IMG/VR virus record: IMGVR_UViG_3300037882_003357
Coordinates: 6,255-70,254 of that record
DNA length: 64,000 nt
From: a virus
Direction: 5' to 3' (one strand)
Below the pieces are notes generated by a model. The model was not told the origin of the DNA. It ran no database searches and saw nothing but the letters and a program-made list of their open reading frames with translations. Both the position numbers and the translations under genes were made by a program. Shown one piece after another: positions 8,524-17,867 of this stretch. Within the stretch, counting starts at the first letter, position 1. Each line of letters starts with the position of its first letter.

Positions 8524-11307
8524 ATGACCAAGCTTTTACTTCCAAAGAAAATCAAGGCTGAGAATCTATTGTACGTAGTTAAGCTGCCAGAAGTGCCTAC
8601 TTGGATTGCCACTTACAAAGACAACACTGCAATGGTGTATAGCATTCCTGTGCTACCTAGTGATGATGAGCTAGACCAATGGCTTAACACACTTGTGCTT
8701 AGACTTGTGGAAGCAGCTATTTTTAGCAGACATGATGAAGAGCATTACCTTGAGCTATGCAAAAAGTTGCATAAGCCAAGCACTGCTTGGATGGAGTTCG
8801 TGGCTCACATGACCACTGAGCCTGGAGTTTGGGTGGCAGGGAAGAAAGGAGACTTCTCTTTCTCTAGCAGCGACACTAGCTTGTGGAAGCTTCCTGAAAT
8901 TGATGAGGAAACTAGAGAGACTAAGGAATATGACAAAATTACTGGAGCTGAGCTTGGAGATGCTTTAGGCTTTCCTGCACGTTTGCGCTATAAGCAGAAG
9001 CTACAAATCACCACGACAGATGACTTTGCTTTTGTTCAATACCTTCACGCATCTCACTACTATTGGATTAAGCCTTTAGACAAGAGCATTGGGGTGCTTC
9101 ATGCAGTTACGCAAAGCACTTTAGATTCCAGCATCACTGTAGTAGACGCTGCTGACCCTAGCGTGTTTGGTCTCATTGACGTGTGGACGCGCAGTTCTGA
9201 AGTGCTTGCTATTGACACTGAAACATTTGACGAAGATGAACCTAATGGCTGGAAAGCTCTTGTGGGCTGGTTAGGGAAGATTCGTTTGCTTCAGATTTAC
9301 TCTCCAGTGCTGGATACGACGCTTATTATTGACTTTGGAGGAAGGCATCAAAACGTTTCTGACAGTGTGCGTTTTCAGCTTGGTAGCTACATCCAAGAGC
9401 GGGTTGAAGGGAAGACTATTAAATTTCAGAACGCTTTGTTTGACCTGCTGTTCCTTGATTATCAGCTAGGACTGACTTTCTATGGTTGTCAGATTAAGGA
9501 TTCAATGCTCATGAGTAAATCACTTTGGGCAGGAATTGGAATGCTTGCTCACAGCTTAGAAGCAATTAGTACAAGGCTTGGGCTAGGCACTCCAGACAAG
9601 AGCTTGCAGAAGAGCGACTTCGGTGTGAGCTTAGTTCCTGCTCAGCTCAACTACGGTGCTGATGACACTAAAATCACTCACAACGCAGTGGAAGAGCTTG
9701 AGAAGCGACTTGACCGAGTAGGGGAGAATTGGGAGTTTGCAGCCATTCTGAATGACTATGTTCATTGCTGCCACATGATTCGTAAGCATGGAATGCCCAT
9801 CAGTTTGCAGACTTTGAGAGAAGTGGAAACCGTAACTCAACAGTACTACTCAAAGAAGGAAGCTCTGTGGCTAGAAGAAAGTGGCTTGTCTGCCACTGCT
9901 AGTTCTCAAGCCATTGTAGGGTGGTTAGATGGGCAAGGAATTAAGGTGACTAATGCTCAGGCAGGAACTCTTAAAGAACTTGCTCTCACTTTCCCTAAGC
10001 TGCAATCTCTTCTTGATGCTAAAGCAGCTTTCAAGCGCTTGGGCTACATCCAAGGACTTAGACGCGCAGAGGGTTATCGAGAAGACTCTTGCGTCACTCC
10101 TGGCATTCAAGTGCAAGCTCGTCAGTGTATGGGAAGGACGAGTCAAGGTGACTTGGTTAGAGGCAAGAACGTGGGTACAAACTGTCAAAACCCTGCGAAA
10201 GAATCTAAGCTGTATCCTGAACTTCCTGATATTCGACAAGTGTTCTGCGCTCCTCCCACTCACAAGCTGATTGGTATTGACTTAAGCAGCTCTCACCTTC
10301 GATTTGCTGTGCATTATTCAGGAGCCAAACTTGCTCTTGCCACCATGCAACCAGGAGAAGACATTCACCTCGCAAACGCTGCCTACATCATTAAATCTTG
10401 TGAGCCTATTGATAGCGCATTTTACAAGGTTCTCTGCTCTTACAAGCAGCTTCTACGCATTAAGGCCATTGGCCTTGACCATAGTGAGGAGCCTTCCGAA
10501 GGGATGCTTTTGTGGGCAAGTCAGCAGCTTATAAAGACTAAGTATTATACTGTCGAGGCTCTCCTTGAGAGCCTCTTCAAGACTGCTAAGTACTACCGGA
10601 ACATCTCAAAGACCGCCATCTATTTAGCAATCAATCTTGGAGGCGCTGCAAGGCTCCAGAACAGCTTGAAGCAAGTGGGAATCATTGTAGACCTTGAAAC
10701 CTGTAAGGTCATTCTTGCTGCTCTGTGGGAAGCAATACCTGAGATTAGAGAGTATGTGAAGCGTAAGCAGAAAGAAGTGAACACTACAACTAGCATTCTC
10801 AAGCCTGATGAAATCACTCTGCTAAGTCCTGACGAAGTTGATTGGGAAGAGCTTGACGAAGAACAAACTAAGGAGGCTCGTAAGAAGCCTGTGGAGTTTG
10901 CTAAGCTTCTCTGTGCTTCTGGATTCTCTCGCTACGTGCCGAAGTATTACCAAACAGGTTTCTACGGCAATCAGTACGTTAGCTGCTCCATCTCAGATGT
11001 GAGCGCTACAGAGTGGATGAGTAGCGAGGGAATCATGATGATGCGCTCTCAGATACGCTTTGTGCAGGAATACATCATTCCTAATGAATACAACATTGCA
11101 GACGAGACAGGTTATGCAAAGGTGTGGCTGGCAAACAACTGTCATGATGAAATCCTTGTCTGCGCTAAGGATGAACTAGCCGAGGTCTCTTATGATGTGC
11201 TAGAATCCATAATGAAAGAAGAGTGGCATCGAATGAATCCTTCAGTGGAAGGTATTGAGTCTACTAAAGAGAAAAGCATTGGATTAGCATGGAGCCAAAT
11301 CAAATGA
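8524..11307 (+). CDS. polA: family A DNA polymerase with 3'-5' exonuclease
   Basis: ExoI DTET, ExoII NALFD, ExoIII YGADD; GRT, NCQNP; motif A DLSSSHLR, motif B RNISKTAIY, motif C HDE. Confidence 0.9.
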   Translation: MTKLLLPKKIKAENLLYVVKLPEVPTWIATYKDNTAMVYSIPVLPSDDELDQWLNTLVLRLVEAAIFSRHDEEHYLELCKKLHKPSTAWMEFVAHMTTEPGVWVAGKKGDFSFSSSDTSLWKLPEIDEETRETKEYDKITGAELGDALGFPARLRYKQKLQITTTDDFAFVQYLHASHYYWIKPLDKSIGVLHAVTQSTLDSSITVVDAADPSVFGLIDVWTRSSEVLAIDTETFDEDEPNGWKALVGWLGKIRLLQIYSPVLDTTLIIDFGGRHQNVSDSVRFQLGSYIQERVEGKTIKFQNALFDLLFLDYQLGLTFYGCQIKDSMLMSKSLWAGIGMLAHSLEAISTRLGLGTPDKSLQKSDFGVSLVPAQLNYGADDTKITHNAVEELEKRLDRVGENWEFAAILNDYVHCCHMIRKHGMPISLQTLREVETVTQQYYSKKEALWLEESGLSATASSQAIVGWLDGQGIKVTNAQAGTLKELALTFPKLQSLLDAKAAFKRLGYIQGLRRAEGYREDSCVTPGIQVQARQCMGRTSQGDLVRGKNVGTNCQNPAKESKLYPELPDIRQVFCAPPTHKLIGIDLSSSHLRFAVHYSGAKLALATMQPGEDIHLANAAYIIKSCEPIDSAFYKVLCSYKQLLRIKAIGLDHSEEPSEGMLLWASQQLIKTKYYTVEALLESLFKTAKYYRNISKTAIYLAINLGGAARLQNSLKQVGIIVDLETCKVILAALWEAIPEIREYVKRKQKEVNTTTSILKPDEITLLSPDEVDWEELDEEQTKEARKKPVEFAKLLCASGFSRYVPKYYQTGFYGNQYVSCSISDVSATEWMSSEGIMMMRSQIRFVQEYIIPNEYNIADETGYAKVWLANNCHDEILVCAKDELAEVSYDVLESIMKEEWHRMNPSVEGIESTKEKSIGLAWSQIK

Positions 11308-11423
11308 GCAGCTATAAAACAACTCACGAAGTCAAAGAAGAAGCTAAGGAAGGGAAACCTAATCCTTATCTGCAAGGTACTTGGGCTTGGATAGAATATC
11401 AAAAAGCAATGGAGCAAAAATAG
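11304..11423 (+). CDS. small hypothetical protein (not in ORF track)
   Basis: 39 aa, MSSYKTTHEV...NPYLQGTWAWIEY; ATGA overlap with polA, fills the gap to the next gene. Confidence 0.5.
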   Translation: MSSYKTTHEVKEEAKEGKPNPYLQGTWAWIEYQKAMEQK

Positions 11424-11424
11424 A

Positions 11425-11766
11425 ATGAGCATTATTATTCCCGACTTTGTTGAAGACCTTATTAAAAAAGGACTTCAAGTAGAAGTTTACTACAGAGAAT
11501 ACCGAGAAAGTAAAGGGATTGTGTTTGACCTCCAGCTAGGAGCTAAAAGTGGAATGCACTTATTCCAAGATGCTTTAGGTAAGTATCATGTTTATATGAG
11601 GTATGATGAAACGTTTCCTGTGGAGGACTTGGATGACCTCTTAAGCTGTGCTTTACATGGAATGCATGGAAGAGACTACATTAATTCTTTCTGGGCAGAT
11701 TTGCTTGTGGAGCATGGCTACTTAAAAAGAACTAGCACCACTACAACTACATTGGAGAGAGCATAA
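11425..11766 (+). CDS. hypothetical protein
   Basis: 113 aa ORF in the polA operon. Confidence 0.7.
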   Translation: MSIIIPDFVEDLIKKGLQVEVYYREYRESKGIVFDLQLGAKSGMHLFQDALGKYHVYMRYDETFPVEDLDDLLSCALHGMHGRDYINSFWADLLVEHGYLKRTSTTTTTLERA

Positions 11767-11767
11767 A

Positions 11768-11986
11768 ATGAAAAACGTAATTCTAAGTCTATTACAAAGC
11801 ATCTATGAATTGCTGTGTGAAGGGTTGCCTCCTGCACTGCTTTTTATTGTGATGCTCTTTGGTATCTTTACTTTTCTTATCATTGAGCTGTACTTAATTA
11901 GTTGGAGCATTTATGGACTGTTTATTGCAATTGTTTTATTCACTCTAGTGCTAGCTCTGTTTTTTGGGAAGATTAGTAAAGGCTAA
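11768..11986 (+). CDS. small two-helix membrane protein
   Basis: 72 aa with two long hydrophobic segments. Confidence 0.65.
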   Translation: MKNVILSLLQSIYELLCEGLPPALLFIVMLFGIFTFLIIELYLISWSIYGLFIAIVLFTLVLALFFGKISKG

Positions 11987-12003
11987 ATCAATACTTATCG
12001 TCG

Positions 12004-12014
12004 AGATAATGAAG
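12004..12014 (+). promoter_or_regulatory. putative late promoter motif AGATAATGAAG
   Basis: Upstream of the capsid block; overlaps a terminator hairpin. Confidence 0.65.
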
Positions 12015-12039
12015 AGGACGCACTAGCATCCTCTTTTTT
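12012..12039 (+). terminator. Rho-independent terminator of the polA operon
   Basis: AAGAGGA...TCCTCTT stem followed by a T run. Confidence 0.6.
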
Positions 12040-12053
12040 ATTGGCTATTCACT

Positions 12054-13430
12054 ATGAGCATTGACAAAATACTTGATAACCTTGAGCTGAACAAGCCAAT
12101 CAAGGACGAGGCCACAGGTTACTGGTTTATCACTGGTGTGGCTGCTCGTATGGGCTGTCAAGAATATCCTGAGTATGGCTTCACAGCGTTCAGGGATGCT
12201 GCATTCATTGAAGAGATGACGAAGCTGCTACTCTTCAAGCCTGTGACCATGCAGCACTTTGAGCAGAGTCCCACTAAGAATAGAGATAAGAAAGTAGGAC
12301 TCATTGTAGATACAACTTTCAAAGATGGGCTGGCACTTGTAAGAATCTGCGTGGATGACCCTTTTCTTTGTGGGTTATTTGACAGTGGCAAGGCTGCTGA
12401 GATGCACCTTGGTCTCAGCGTAGGATATTCAAGTCCCATGAAGAATAAGATGGGAAGCTGGAAAGATGTCGCAGGAATTGCTGGACAGAAGAACAGACAG
12501 TACCCTTACCAGAAGCAGCAAGTTACTCCCATTACAGTTAATCATCTTGCTTTCTGTGAATTAGGTAGAGGCGGGGAAGTTGTGAAAGCAATTACAGACG
12601 AAGCTCCTGCTTCTGAAGACTTTGTATTTAATGATACTTTCCCTCTAGAAATTGAGGTCATGGATAAAAAAACGAAAGACGAAGAACTGGAACTGACAGT
12701 TACTGCAACAGCAGAAGCTGAACCTAGTGAAAATGAAGGAGAAGAACAGGAAGAAGACGCTTCAGCCCTTTTTCCCTATCCCGAACAACATTCATCCGCA
12801 AGAAGGAAACAAAACGACATGGCAGAAGATTCGTCTGCAATGCTAGACAAGATGGGCGCGGTTTGTGACAAGATGAACAAAATGTGTGATGGCTTGGCAG
12901 CAATGGCTGACAAGTATGGCGCTACTTGTGATTCTATGACCAAAGTTGCAGACAATCTCTCTGCGTCCATAGACTTCATCTCCGCAATTAAATCTGCATT
13001 TGAAGACCCCGCTCGACCTTATAATCTACTCACCAAGAATCCCTCTCCTGATGCAATTGCTGACAGTGCAAAGAATGCAGAAGTTTTTTCTGCTCAAGTC
13101 GCTGATGCCGTTGCATTGTGGCTAGAGTTCTCTGACTCTCTTAAAGAGAAGGTCACGGACTTTGGACAAACTGCTTCTCAACTAAAGCGAGTGCTACTTG
13201 CTGACAGCGAAGTGTTTGAAATCTCTGATTCCACTTCTGACGCTGAAATTAACGCTGCTTTCTCGGTATTCCGCAACGTTCAGAATCAAGTTAAAGCTAC
13301 TAAGACTGCCAAATCTTCTCAAGTCGAACAAGTCTTCAAGAAGTTCAAAGATGCTTCTGTAGAGACGGTGGATGTGGAAGATGGTGCAGGGTTCACACGA
13401 CAAGCCAACGGTGGCTTGGTCTTCAAATAG
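12054..13430 (+). CDS. prohead protease/scaffold (DUF2213-like)
   Basis: ARMGCQEY, KPVTMQH, LSVGY and NHLAFCELGRGG motifs, acidic linker, helical C-terminus; precedes capsid genes. Confidence 0.85.
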   Translation: MSIDKILDNLELNKPIKDEATGYWFITGVAARMGCQEYPEYGFTAFRDAAFIEEMTKLLLFKPVTMQHFEQSPTKNRDKKVGLIVDTTFKDGLALVRICVDDPFLCGLFDSGKAAEMHLGLSVGYSSPMKNKMGSWKDVAGIAGQKNRQYPYQKQQVTPITVNHLAFCELGRGGEVVKAITDEAPASEDFVFNDTFPLEIEVMDKKTKDEELELTVTATAEAEPSENEGEEQEEDASALFPYPEQHSSARRKQNDMAEDSSAMLDKMGAVCDKMNKMCDGLAAMADKYGATCDSMTKVADNLSASIDFISAIKSAFEDPARPYNLLTKNPSPDAIADSAKNAEVFSAQVADAVALWLEFSDSLKEKVTDFGQTASQLKRVLLADSEVFEISDSTSDAEINAAFSVFRNVQNQVKATKTAKSSQVEQVFKKFKDASVETVDVEDGAGFTRQANGGLVFK

Positions 13431-13443
13431 GGAGCTAAAGTAA

Positions 13444-14043
13444 ATGCCTATTCCAGTTCTAGCTAATTTCCGTGCCCGTGGCATGGCTCCTAACGTTGTT
13501 GGTGGTAAGCGTACTGCTGAGAATTTCTCTGCTGAATACACTGACACTGCAACAGGTGTGATTGCCCCTGCTTCTCTTCCTGCCACTCCTGGTCGTATCC
13601 TCATGTACGACACTGCTGGTGACACTGACGCAGCTAATGCGTATCGAGGTAAGCGTCGTGGTGTGAAAGCCGTCACTTCTGCTTTTGTTGCTGCTGACTT
13701 TGCAGGTATTCTGATTCGTCGTTACGCAAGTCCTGTGTACGGTGCTATCCCTAGCGCTAACACTGTTAATGATACTACAACCAACGCTAGCGTACTTCCA
13801 GGTGAAGTAGTTAGTCGTGCAGTAGCTCGTACTTGGTATGTTGAGTTTGATTCAGCAACTCCGCCTACTGAAAGTGCCGCGGTGTTTGTAGACAACAGCT
13901 CTGCTGTTGCTAACTACGGTCGCGTCTCTGCTTCTGTGGGAGTAACTCTCACCACTGCTCGTCTTGTCTTCACAGGTGAGCATGAACAAGGGTGGGATGG
14001 TAAATATTATGCTGGTGTACGTTTCGTCGCCACAGTTAACTAA
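13444..14043 (+). CDS. head decoration / minor capsid protein
   Basis: Ala/Thr/Gly-rich 199 aa protein between protease and major capsid; FAGI motif. Confidence 0.7.
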   Translation: MPIPVLANFRARGMAPNVVGGKRTAENFSAEYTDTATGVIAPASLPATPGRILMYDTAGDTDAANAYRGKRRGVKAVTSAFVAADFAGILIRRYASPVYGAIPSANTVNDTTTNASVLPGEVVSRAVARTWYVEFDSATPPTESAAVFVDNSSAVANYGRVSASVGVTLTTARLVFTGEHEQGWDGKYYAGVRFVATVN

Positions 14044-14058
14044 GGAGATTTGTAAGAA

Positions 14059-14982
14059 ATGGCAATTTCAATTTTAATGCAGCGCCAGATTGAGCAAATC
14101 TCGACTCGCGCCGTCGTTCAGAAACGGGCAGAACGCCTGTTCTCTGAAGATAAGGGCATCATCCCTCAGTCTCCCGACATTGTAGCAGGAAAGCGCTACT
14201 ACACCTACCCCATCGTCAACATGCAAGGCCGCGCTGCCTTGATTGCTAACTCGTCTTTCGACGTTCCTGGTGTGGACGCATTCGTTGAAGAACGCACACA
14301 GAAAATTGAACTTCTGTATCAGCCTTGGAGTCTTCCTTTCCCTGATGAGATTGAAGCCTCTGCTGCTGGCGTAAACATCAACGGTATTCAAATTGAGCTT
14401 GCTGCTCAGTCCATCTACAACGCTGTGGATGACCTTGGTTACAATGGCTCTCCTAACATTGGTCTCTTTGGTATTGCTAACCAGCCTAATGCGCTAAGCT
14501 ATACGCTTCCTGCTGATGGCACAGGTGCAAGCACTCGTTGGATTAACAAGACTGCCGAACAAATCCTACGTGATATTCAAGGCATGGCTTATTACTCTAG
14601 CAAGGTCACTGTTCACGCCTATCGCACCACTCACATTCTCATTCCTCCTTCTGCTTTTGAGCCGCTAACTCAAAAATGGTTATCTGATTCTGGTGTGGCA
14701 GAAACGCCTTATGTGCGTTATCTGATTAATCAAGGTCTCACCATTGATGGTGGAAGCAAAATCATTCATGTGGCTCCTGGTCTAGAAACTGCTGGTGCTG
14801 GTGGAACACCTATTGCCATCTGTTATAATCCTCGTCCTGACTACATTGAAATGCTTGATACAGCTACTCAGCAGAGACCCATGTTTGAATCGGTTGAAGG
14901 CGTTCGCTCAGCGATGTTTCGTTATTCTGGAGCAGTGTTAGCACGCCAGCCGTTGTCCATCGTTGTAATCCCAGGCATCTAA
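14059..14982 (+). CDS. major capsid protein (DUF2184 / HK97 fold)
   Basis: YNG....GLFGIANQPN, W..KTAEQILRDI and ILIPP motifs, C-terminal PLSIVVIPGI; strong AAGGAG RBS. Confidence 0.88.
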   Translation: MAISILMQRQIEQISTRAVVQKRAERLFSEDKGIIPQSPDIVAGKRYYTYPIVNMQGRAALIANSSFDVPGVDAFVEERTQKIELLYQPWSLPFPDEIEASAAGVNINGIQIELAAQSIYNAVDDLGYNGSPNIGLFGIANQPNALSYTLPADGTGASTRWINKTAEQILRDIQGMAYYSSKVTVHAYRTTHILIPPSAFEPLTQKWLSDSGVAETPYVRYLINQGLTIDGGSKIIHVAPGLETAGAGGTPIAICYNPRPDYIEMLDTATQQRPMFESVEGVRSAMFRYSGAVLARQPLSIVVIPGI

Positions 14983-15039
14983 GGTACCTTGGTCGCACTT
15001 CAAAACAATTTAAGCTATAATTAAGGTAGTGTAAGCAAA

Positions 15040-15069
15040 AGAAAGTCCCTCAATCATGAGGGACTTTCT
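15040..15069. terminator. strong hairpin terminator after the capsid gene
   Basis: Perfect 13-bp inverted repeat AGAAAGTCCCTCA / TGAGGGACTTTCT between convergent genes. Confidence 0.7.
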
Positions 15070-15095
15070 GCTAAAAGATGAGCAACGCGAGTCTT

Positions 15096-15449
15096 TTATG
15101 CAACTGCAACCACATGCAGCAAAGCAAACGACTCAGAACTTTCGTCTGCTTGCTGTTTAAACAAAGCAACAGCTTCTAGCAGATTGCTTCCTAGAGAGTC
15201 GCCAGCTTCTCCTGTGTCCAGGTTAAGCATCACGTAGTTACCTTCTTCCATGAAGGCTTCTCCACCAAATTCTTCATCCTCGGCAGTAACCAAGTTAGCG
15301 TGCTCAATAGCGCCTTCCTGAAGGGCAAAATCTTCAGTAACAGGAGACCAACTCCAATTGTCCGATTCAAAATAGTCATCATCAAAATAATTACTTACCC
15401 CTGTGTAGCGGGTTAAAGCTTGTGCGTCTAGAATGCGAAATAAAGTCAT
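15096..15449 (-). CDS. hypothetical acidic protein
   Basis: 117 aa ORF with a GGAGG RBS. Confidence 0.75.
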   Translation of the reverse strand: MTLFRILDAQALTRYTGVSNYFDDDYFESDNWSWSPVTEDFALQEGAIEHANLVTAEDEEFGGEAFMEEGNYVMLNLDTGEAGDSLGSNLLEAVALFKQQADESSESFALLHVVAVA

Positions 15450-15466
15450 CTTGCGTGTCCTCCGAG

Positions 15467-15477
15467 AGATAATGAAC
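15467..15477 (+). promoter_or_regulatory. putative late promoter motif AGATAATGAAC
   Basis: Upstream of ORF 15511. Confidence 0.6.
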
Positions 15478-15510
15478 GTGAACTAACTTAATCATATTAA
15501 CCTACTTATC

Positions 15511-15936
15511 ATGGCAGTGTCAAACAATGTTTCTACACTTTATGTCGTCAATTGGTCGGGCTATGGATTCCCTAAGCTTATTCCTAATTCGCAAGGGACT
15601 ATGGACATCCATAACGTCACTTTTGGCTCAGGTCTAACAGAAATCCACGATGACGAGCTTCTAGACCAGATGCTTTCTCATCCAACTGTTGAGATGCACC
15701 TAGATTCAGGACAGCTCAAGATTTATGATGGTCGCGTAGCCAGCCTTGAGAGTGACTTAGGACTTCAGCTCACTGACCTTAAAGGCGAAGCTGACGGAGT
15801 TCCTGTGGGAGAACTCAAAGAAGGTGATGCTAAGACGCAGTATCGCAAAAGTGATAACGTTTCTGGCACTAAAGCTAAGACTACTAAGAATGCTCATGCT
15901 CACGGTAGCCAACCTCTTCCTAAAATTGAGAGCTAA
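15511..15936 (+). CDS. putative virion assembly protein
   Basis: 141 aa, between capsid and adaptor genes, late motif upstream. Confidence 0.55.
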   Translation: MAVSNNVSTLYVVNWSGYGFPKLIPNSQGTMDIHNVTFGSGLTEIHDDELLDQMLSHPTVEMHLDSGQLKIYDGRVASLESDLGLQLTDLKGEADGVPVGELKEGDAKTQYRKSDNVSGTKAKTTKNAHAHGSQPLPKIES

Positions 15937-15944
15937 TTACTTCT

Positions 15945-16322
15945 GTGAATCTTTCACTATTTCTAGATTACTTCCCCGAATTTGCTAATGCAAATGTCTC
16001 CGAGATGCAATTTGCAGGGCTTCTGCTGCTTGCGGATAAGTTTCTGTGCTTTGTACCTCTTGCCACAGATGACCCCGCCTACGAGTACTTCCAGGGGCTT
16101 GTGCTTGCTCATGTGCTAAGCCTAAGTCTGAATGGTGGCAATCCTGTCACTAAGGTGGATAGTTTAGAAAGTTCCATGACTTTCCAAATTCCAAAATCCT
16201 CAGTAGCCTTCACAAGTTTTGGACAAACAATGTACGGAAGACTAATTGAGGATTTTGTGAACCTGAGTTATGGTGGTGGCTTTAGCTGGAGCTTTCTTGC
16301 TGTGCCGTACACAAACTGCTAA
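15945..16322 (+). CDS. head-tail adaptor (DUF4054-like)
   Basis: F...FPEF, LVLAHVLSL and QTMYGR motifs. Confidence 0.75.
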   Translation: MNLSLFLDYFPEFANANVSEMQFAGLLLLADKFLCFVPLATDDPAYEYFQGLVLAHVLSLSLNGGNPVTKVDSLESSMTFQIPKSSVAFTSFGQTMYGRLIEDFVNLSYGGGFSWSFLAVPYTNC

Positions 16323-16333
16323 AGCAGCTTGTC

Positions 16334-16522
16334 TTAGCTTCTTTCTCCTAGCGTGAGTTCTTTCACTTCCCAAAATCCGTTCATGCACATATCATTAATA
16401 ACTAACTCAGCAGCTAGGGGCGATAGGTAGAAATGACCGTATTCCAGAATAGGACTACCATTGTAGCCTCGTTGTGCGTCAACAATAACCCAAACTTTAG
16501 TAATCATAGCTTTAGTCTCCAC
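16334..16522 (-). CDS. hypothetical protein
   Basis: 62 aa ORF between two + strand structural genes. Confidence 0.55.
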   Translation of the reverse strand: METKAMITKVWVIVDAQRGYNGSPILEYGHFYLSPLAAELVINDMCMNGFWEVKELTLGERS

Positions 16523-16665
16523 ATTCTAGTTCTTCGATGTAACCTTTGAGGTTTCTGTCAATCATGTAGTCTTCAGCAAATTCTCTACAAGTGAAATATT
16601 TGCCATGAGCAATTTCATTGTGTCGAATATCAATAATTACAAAAAGTTCACAACGGCAACTTATT

Positions 16666-17094
16666 ATGGTTCCTCTTTACTATAAACCTAACGGAAAGAT
16701 ATTCTGGAAAGAGAAGCTTCCCATGCCTTCATCCTTTGATGGAGAAAGTGGAAAGCCCATCTTTGACTATGTTACCACAGAAATTCCTGTATGGCTAGAA
16801 ATCCCTAAATCCATTGGCAGCTCCGCTGTTTGGGACAGAGACGAAAGCAGTGAGTTCTTAAAGATTACCCTCATAGGGCGAGCTTTTAAGCCTCTCCCTG
16901 CTAACATCACTCAGCTTTCTGTGGTGGACATAGAACTATATTTTAGTGTTGAGGGAGTTAGCAGCTTCCAAGGACAGGTATTCCCTAGGGGAACTACTGC
17001 TCTGCGCTATCCAACGCTCCTTCTAGGAGAGCCTTTGAGGGTTGAGGGCAGGAGTAAGGCAATTGCAAAGAGAGGGCTGGAATACTCTCTTTAG
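16666..17094 (+). CDS. putative head closure protein
   Basis: D.ESGKPI..Y N-terminal pattern, beta-rich, follows the adaptor; ATG 16666 preferred. Confidence 0.5.
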   Translation: MVPLYYKPNGKIFWKEKLPMPSSFDGESGKPIFDYVTTEIPVWLEIPKSIGSSAVWDRDESSEFLKITLIGRAFKPLPANITQLSVVDIELYFSVEGVSSFQGQVFPRGTTALRYPTLLLGEPLRVEGRSKAIAKRGLEYSL

Positions 17095-17224
17095 ATTCAA
17101 GAAGCTCAATAGCTTCCGCTAATAGTCCTTCTACCACAGTATGCGTAGTATCACTAAACCCGTGGAAACTGATGTAGTCACACAACCTGTCATAAGTTTC
17201 TTTAATCTCATTTAAGCTTTTCAT
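16994..17224 (-). CDS. hypothetical protein
   Basis: ATG 17224 with a GGAGG RBS; 3' end overlaps the convergent gene. Confidence 0.55.
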   Translation of the reverse strand: MKSLNEIKETYDRLCDYISFHGFSDTTHTVVEGLLAEAIELLESKESIPALSLQLPYSCPQPSKALLEGALDSAEQ

Positions 17225-17294
17225 TTCATAACCTCCAACAAATAAAGAACAAATATTGCCCAAGCAATATAAGCAAGCAAAACAATCTTAAGCA

Positions 17295-17675
17295 CTATTT
17301 TCCACCTACAACCTTACTGTTTCTGATTCCCCAAGAAGGATTTAGTTCATAGCTCATTGTCCTTGTAGTGCCACCACAAGCATCTGTGTAATCTGGTGAG
17401 GAGGACTTAGTGGTGAGCAACACATGCATTGTATCAAAATTTGCAGTGACGAGTAGCTTAGGCTCGATGTTATTGCTGTTAAGCTCCACAATGCGTTTGC
17501 TTGTAATTGCCCAGTCTCGTAACCAATGGCGCTGTTGCTGCATGATGTTGTTTACAAAAATGGCAAGCTTTGTGATGTCATCCTCAAGTCCTGATTCATC
17601 CCGTCTTGCTGAGTTTCCTCCTCCCTTTCCAGAGCCTCCAGAAGGAGGACGACGAGGAGGTTTTTGAATTGCCAT
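17295..17675 (-). CDS. hypothetical protein with low-complexity N-terminus
   Basis: 126 aa ORF. Confidence 0.65.
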   Translation of the reverse strand: MAIQKPPRRPPSGGSGKGGGNSARRDESGLEDDITKLAIFVNNIMQQQRHWLRDWAITSKRIVELNSNNIEPKLLVTANFDTMHVLLTTKSSSPDYTDACGGTTRTMSYELNPSWGIRNSKVVGGK

Positions 17676-17681
17676 GATAAG

Positions 17682-17867
17682 TTAGCTCCAAAAATCATCA
17701 TAAAGTGCATTCATCATTTCAATGATGCCAAAGCCTGTGAGAAAGAAGCCTAGAAGCATCACTAAGTCATAATCCAAATAGTCTAGCATGATTCTTAGAA
17801 AATGAACTTGTGCTTCTAGTGAGTCCACCAGATTAATCCTCCATGTCATTACAAACCATATTAGCAC
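17682..17867 (-). CDS. small membrane protein
   Basis: 61 aa with one hydrophobic segment; start uncertain. Confidence 0.45.
   Translation of the reverse strand: MLIWFVMTWRINLVDSLEAQVHFLRIMLDYLDYDLVMLLGFFLTGFGIIEMMNALYDDFWS
17797..17807 (+). promoter_or_regulatory. putative late promoter motif AGAAAATGAAC
   Basis: Lies inside a minus-strand ORF, 36 nt upstream of ORF 17843. Confidence 0.55.

Noticed and set aside
11304-11423. Ribosome modulation factor-like assignment for the 39 aa ORF
   Set aside because: The NPY...W resemblance is too short to support a functional call
14059-14982. Encapsulin nanocompartment
   Set aside because: The context of protease, decoration, portal and terminase indicates a true phage capsid
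16512-16667. Minus-strand frame resembling ORF 16334..16522 (LFVIIDIRHNEIAHGKYF...)
   Set aside because: No canonical start codon was found, only ATA after an AGAGGA, so it is not called as a gene
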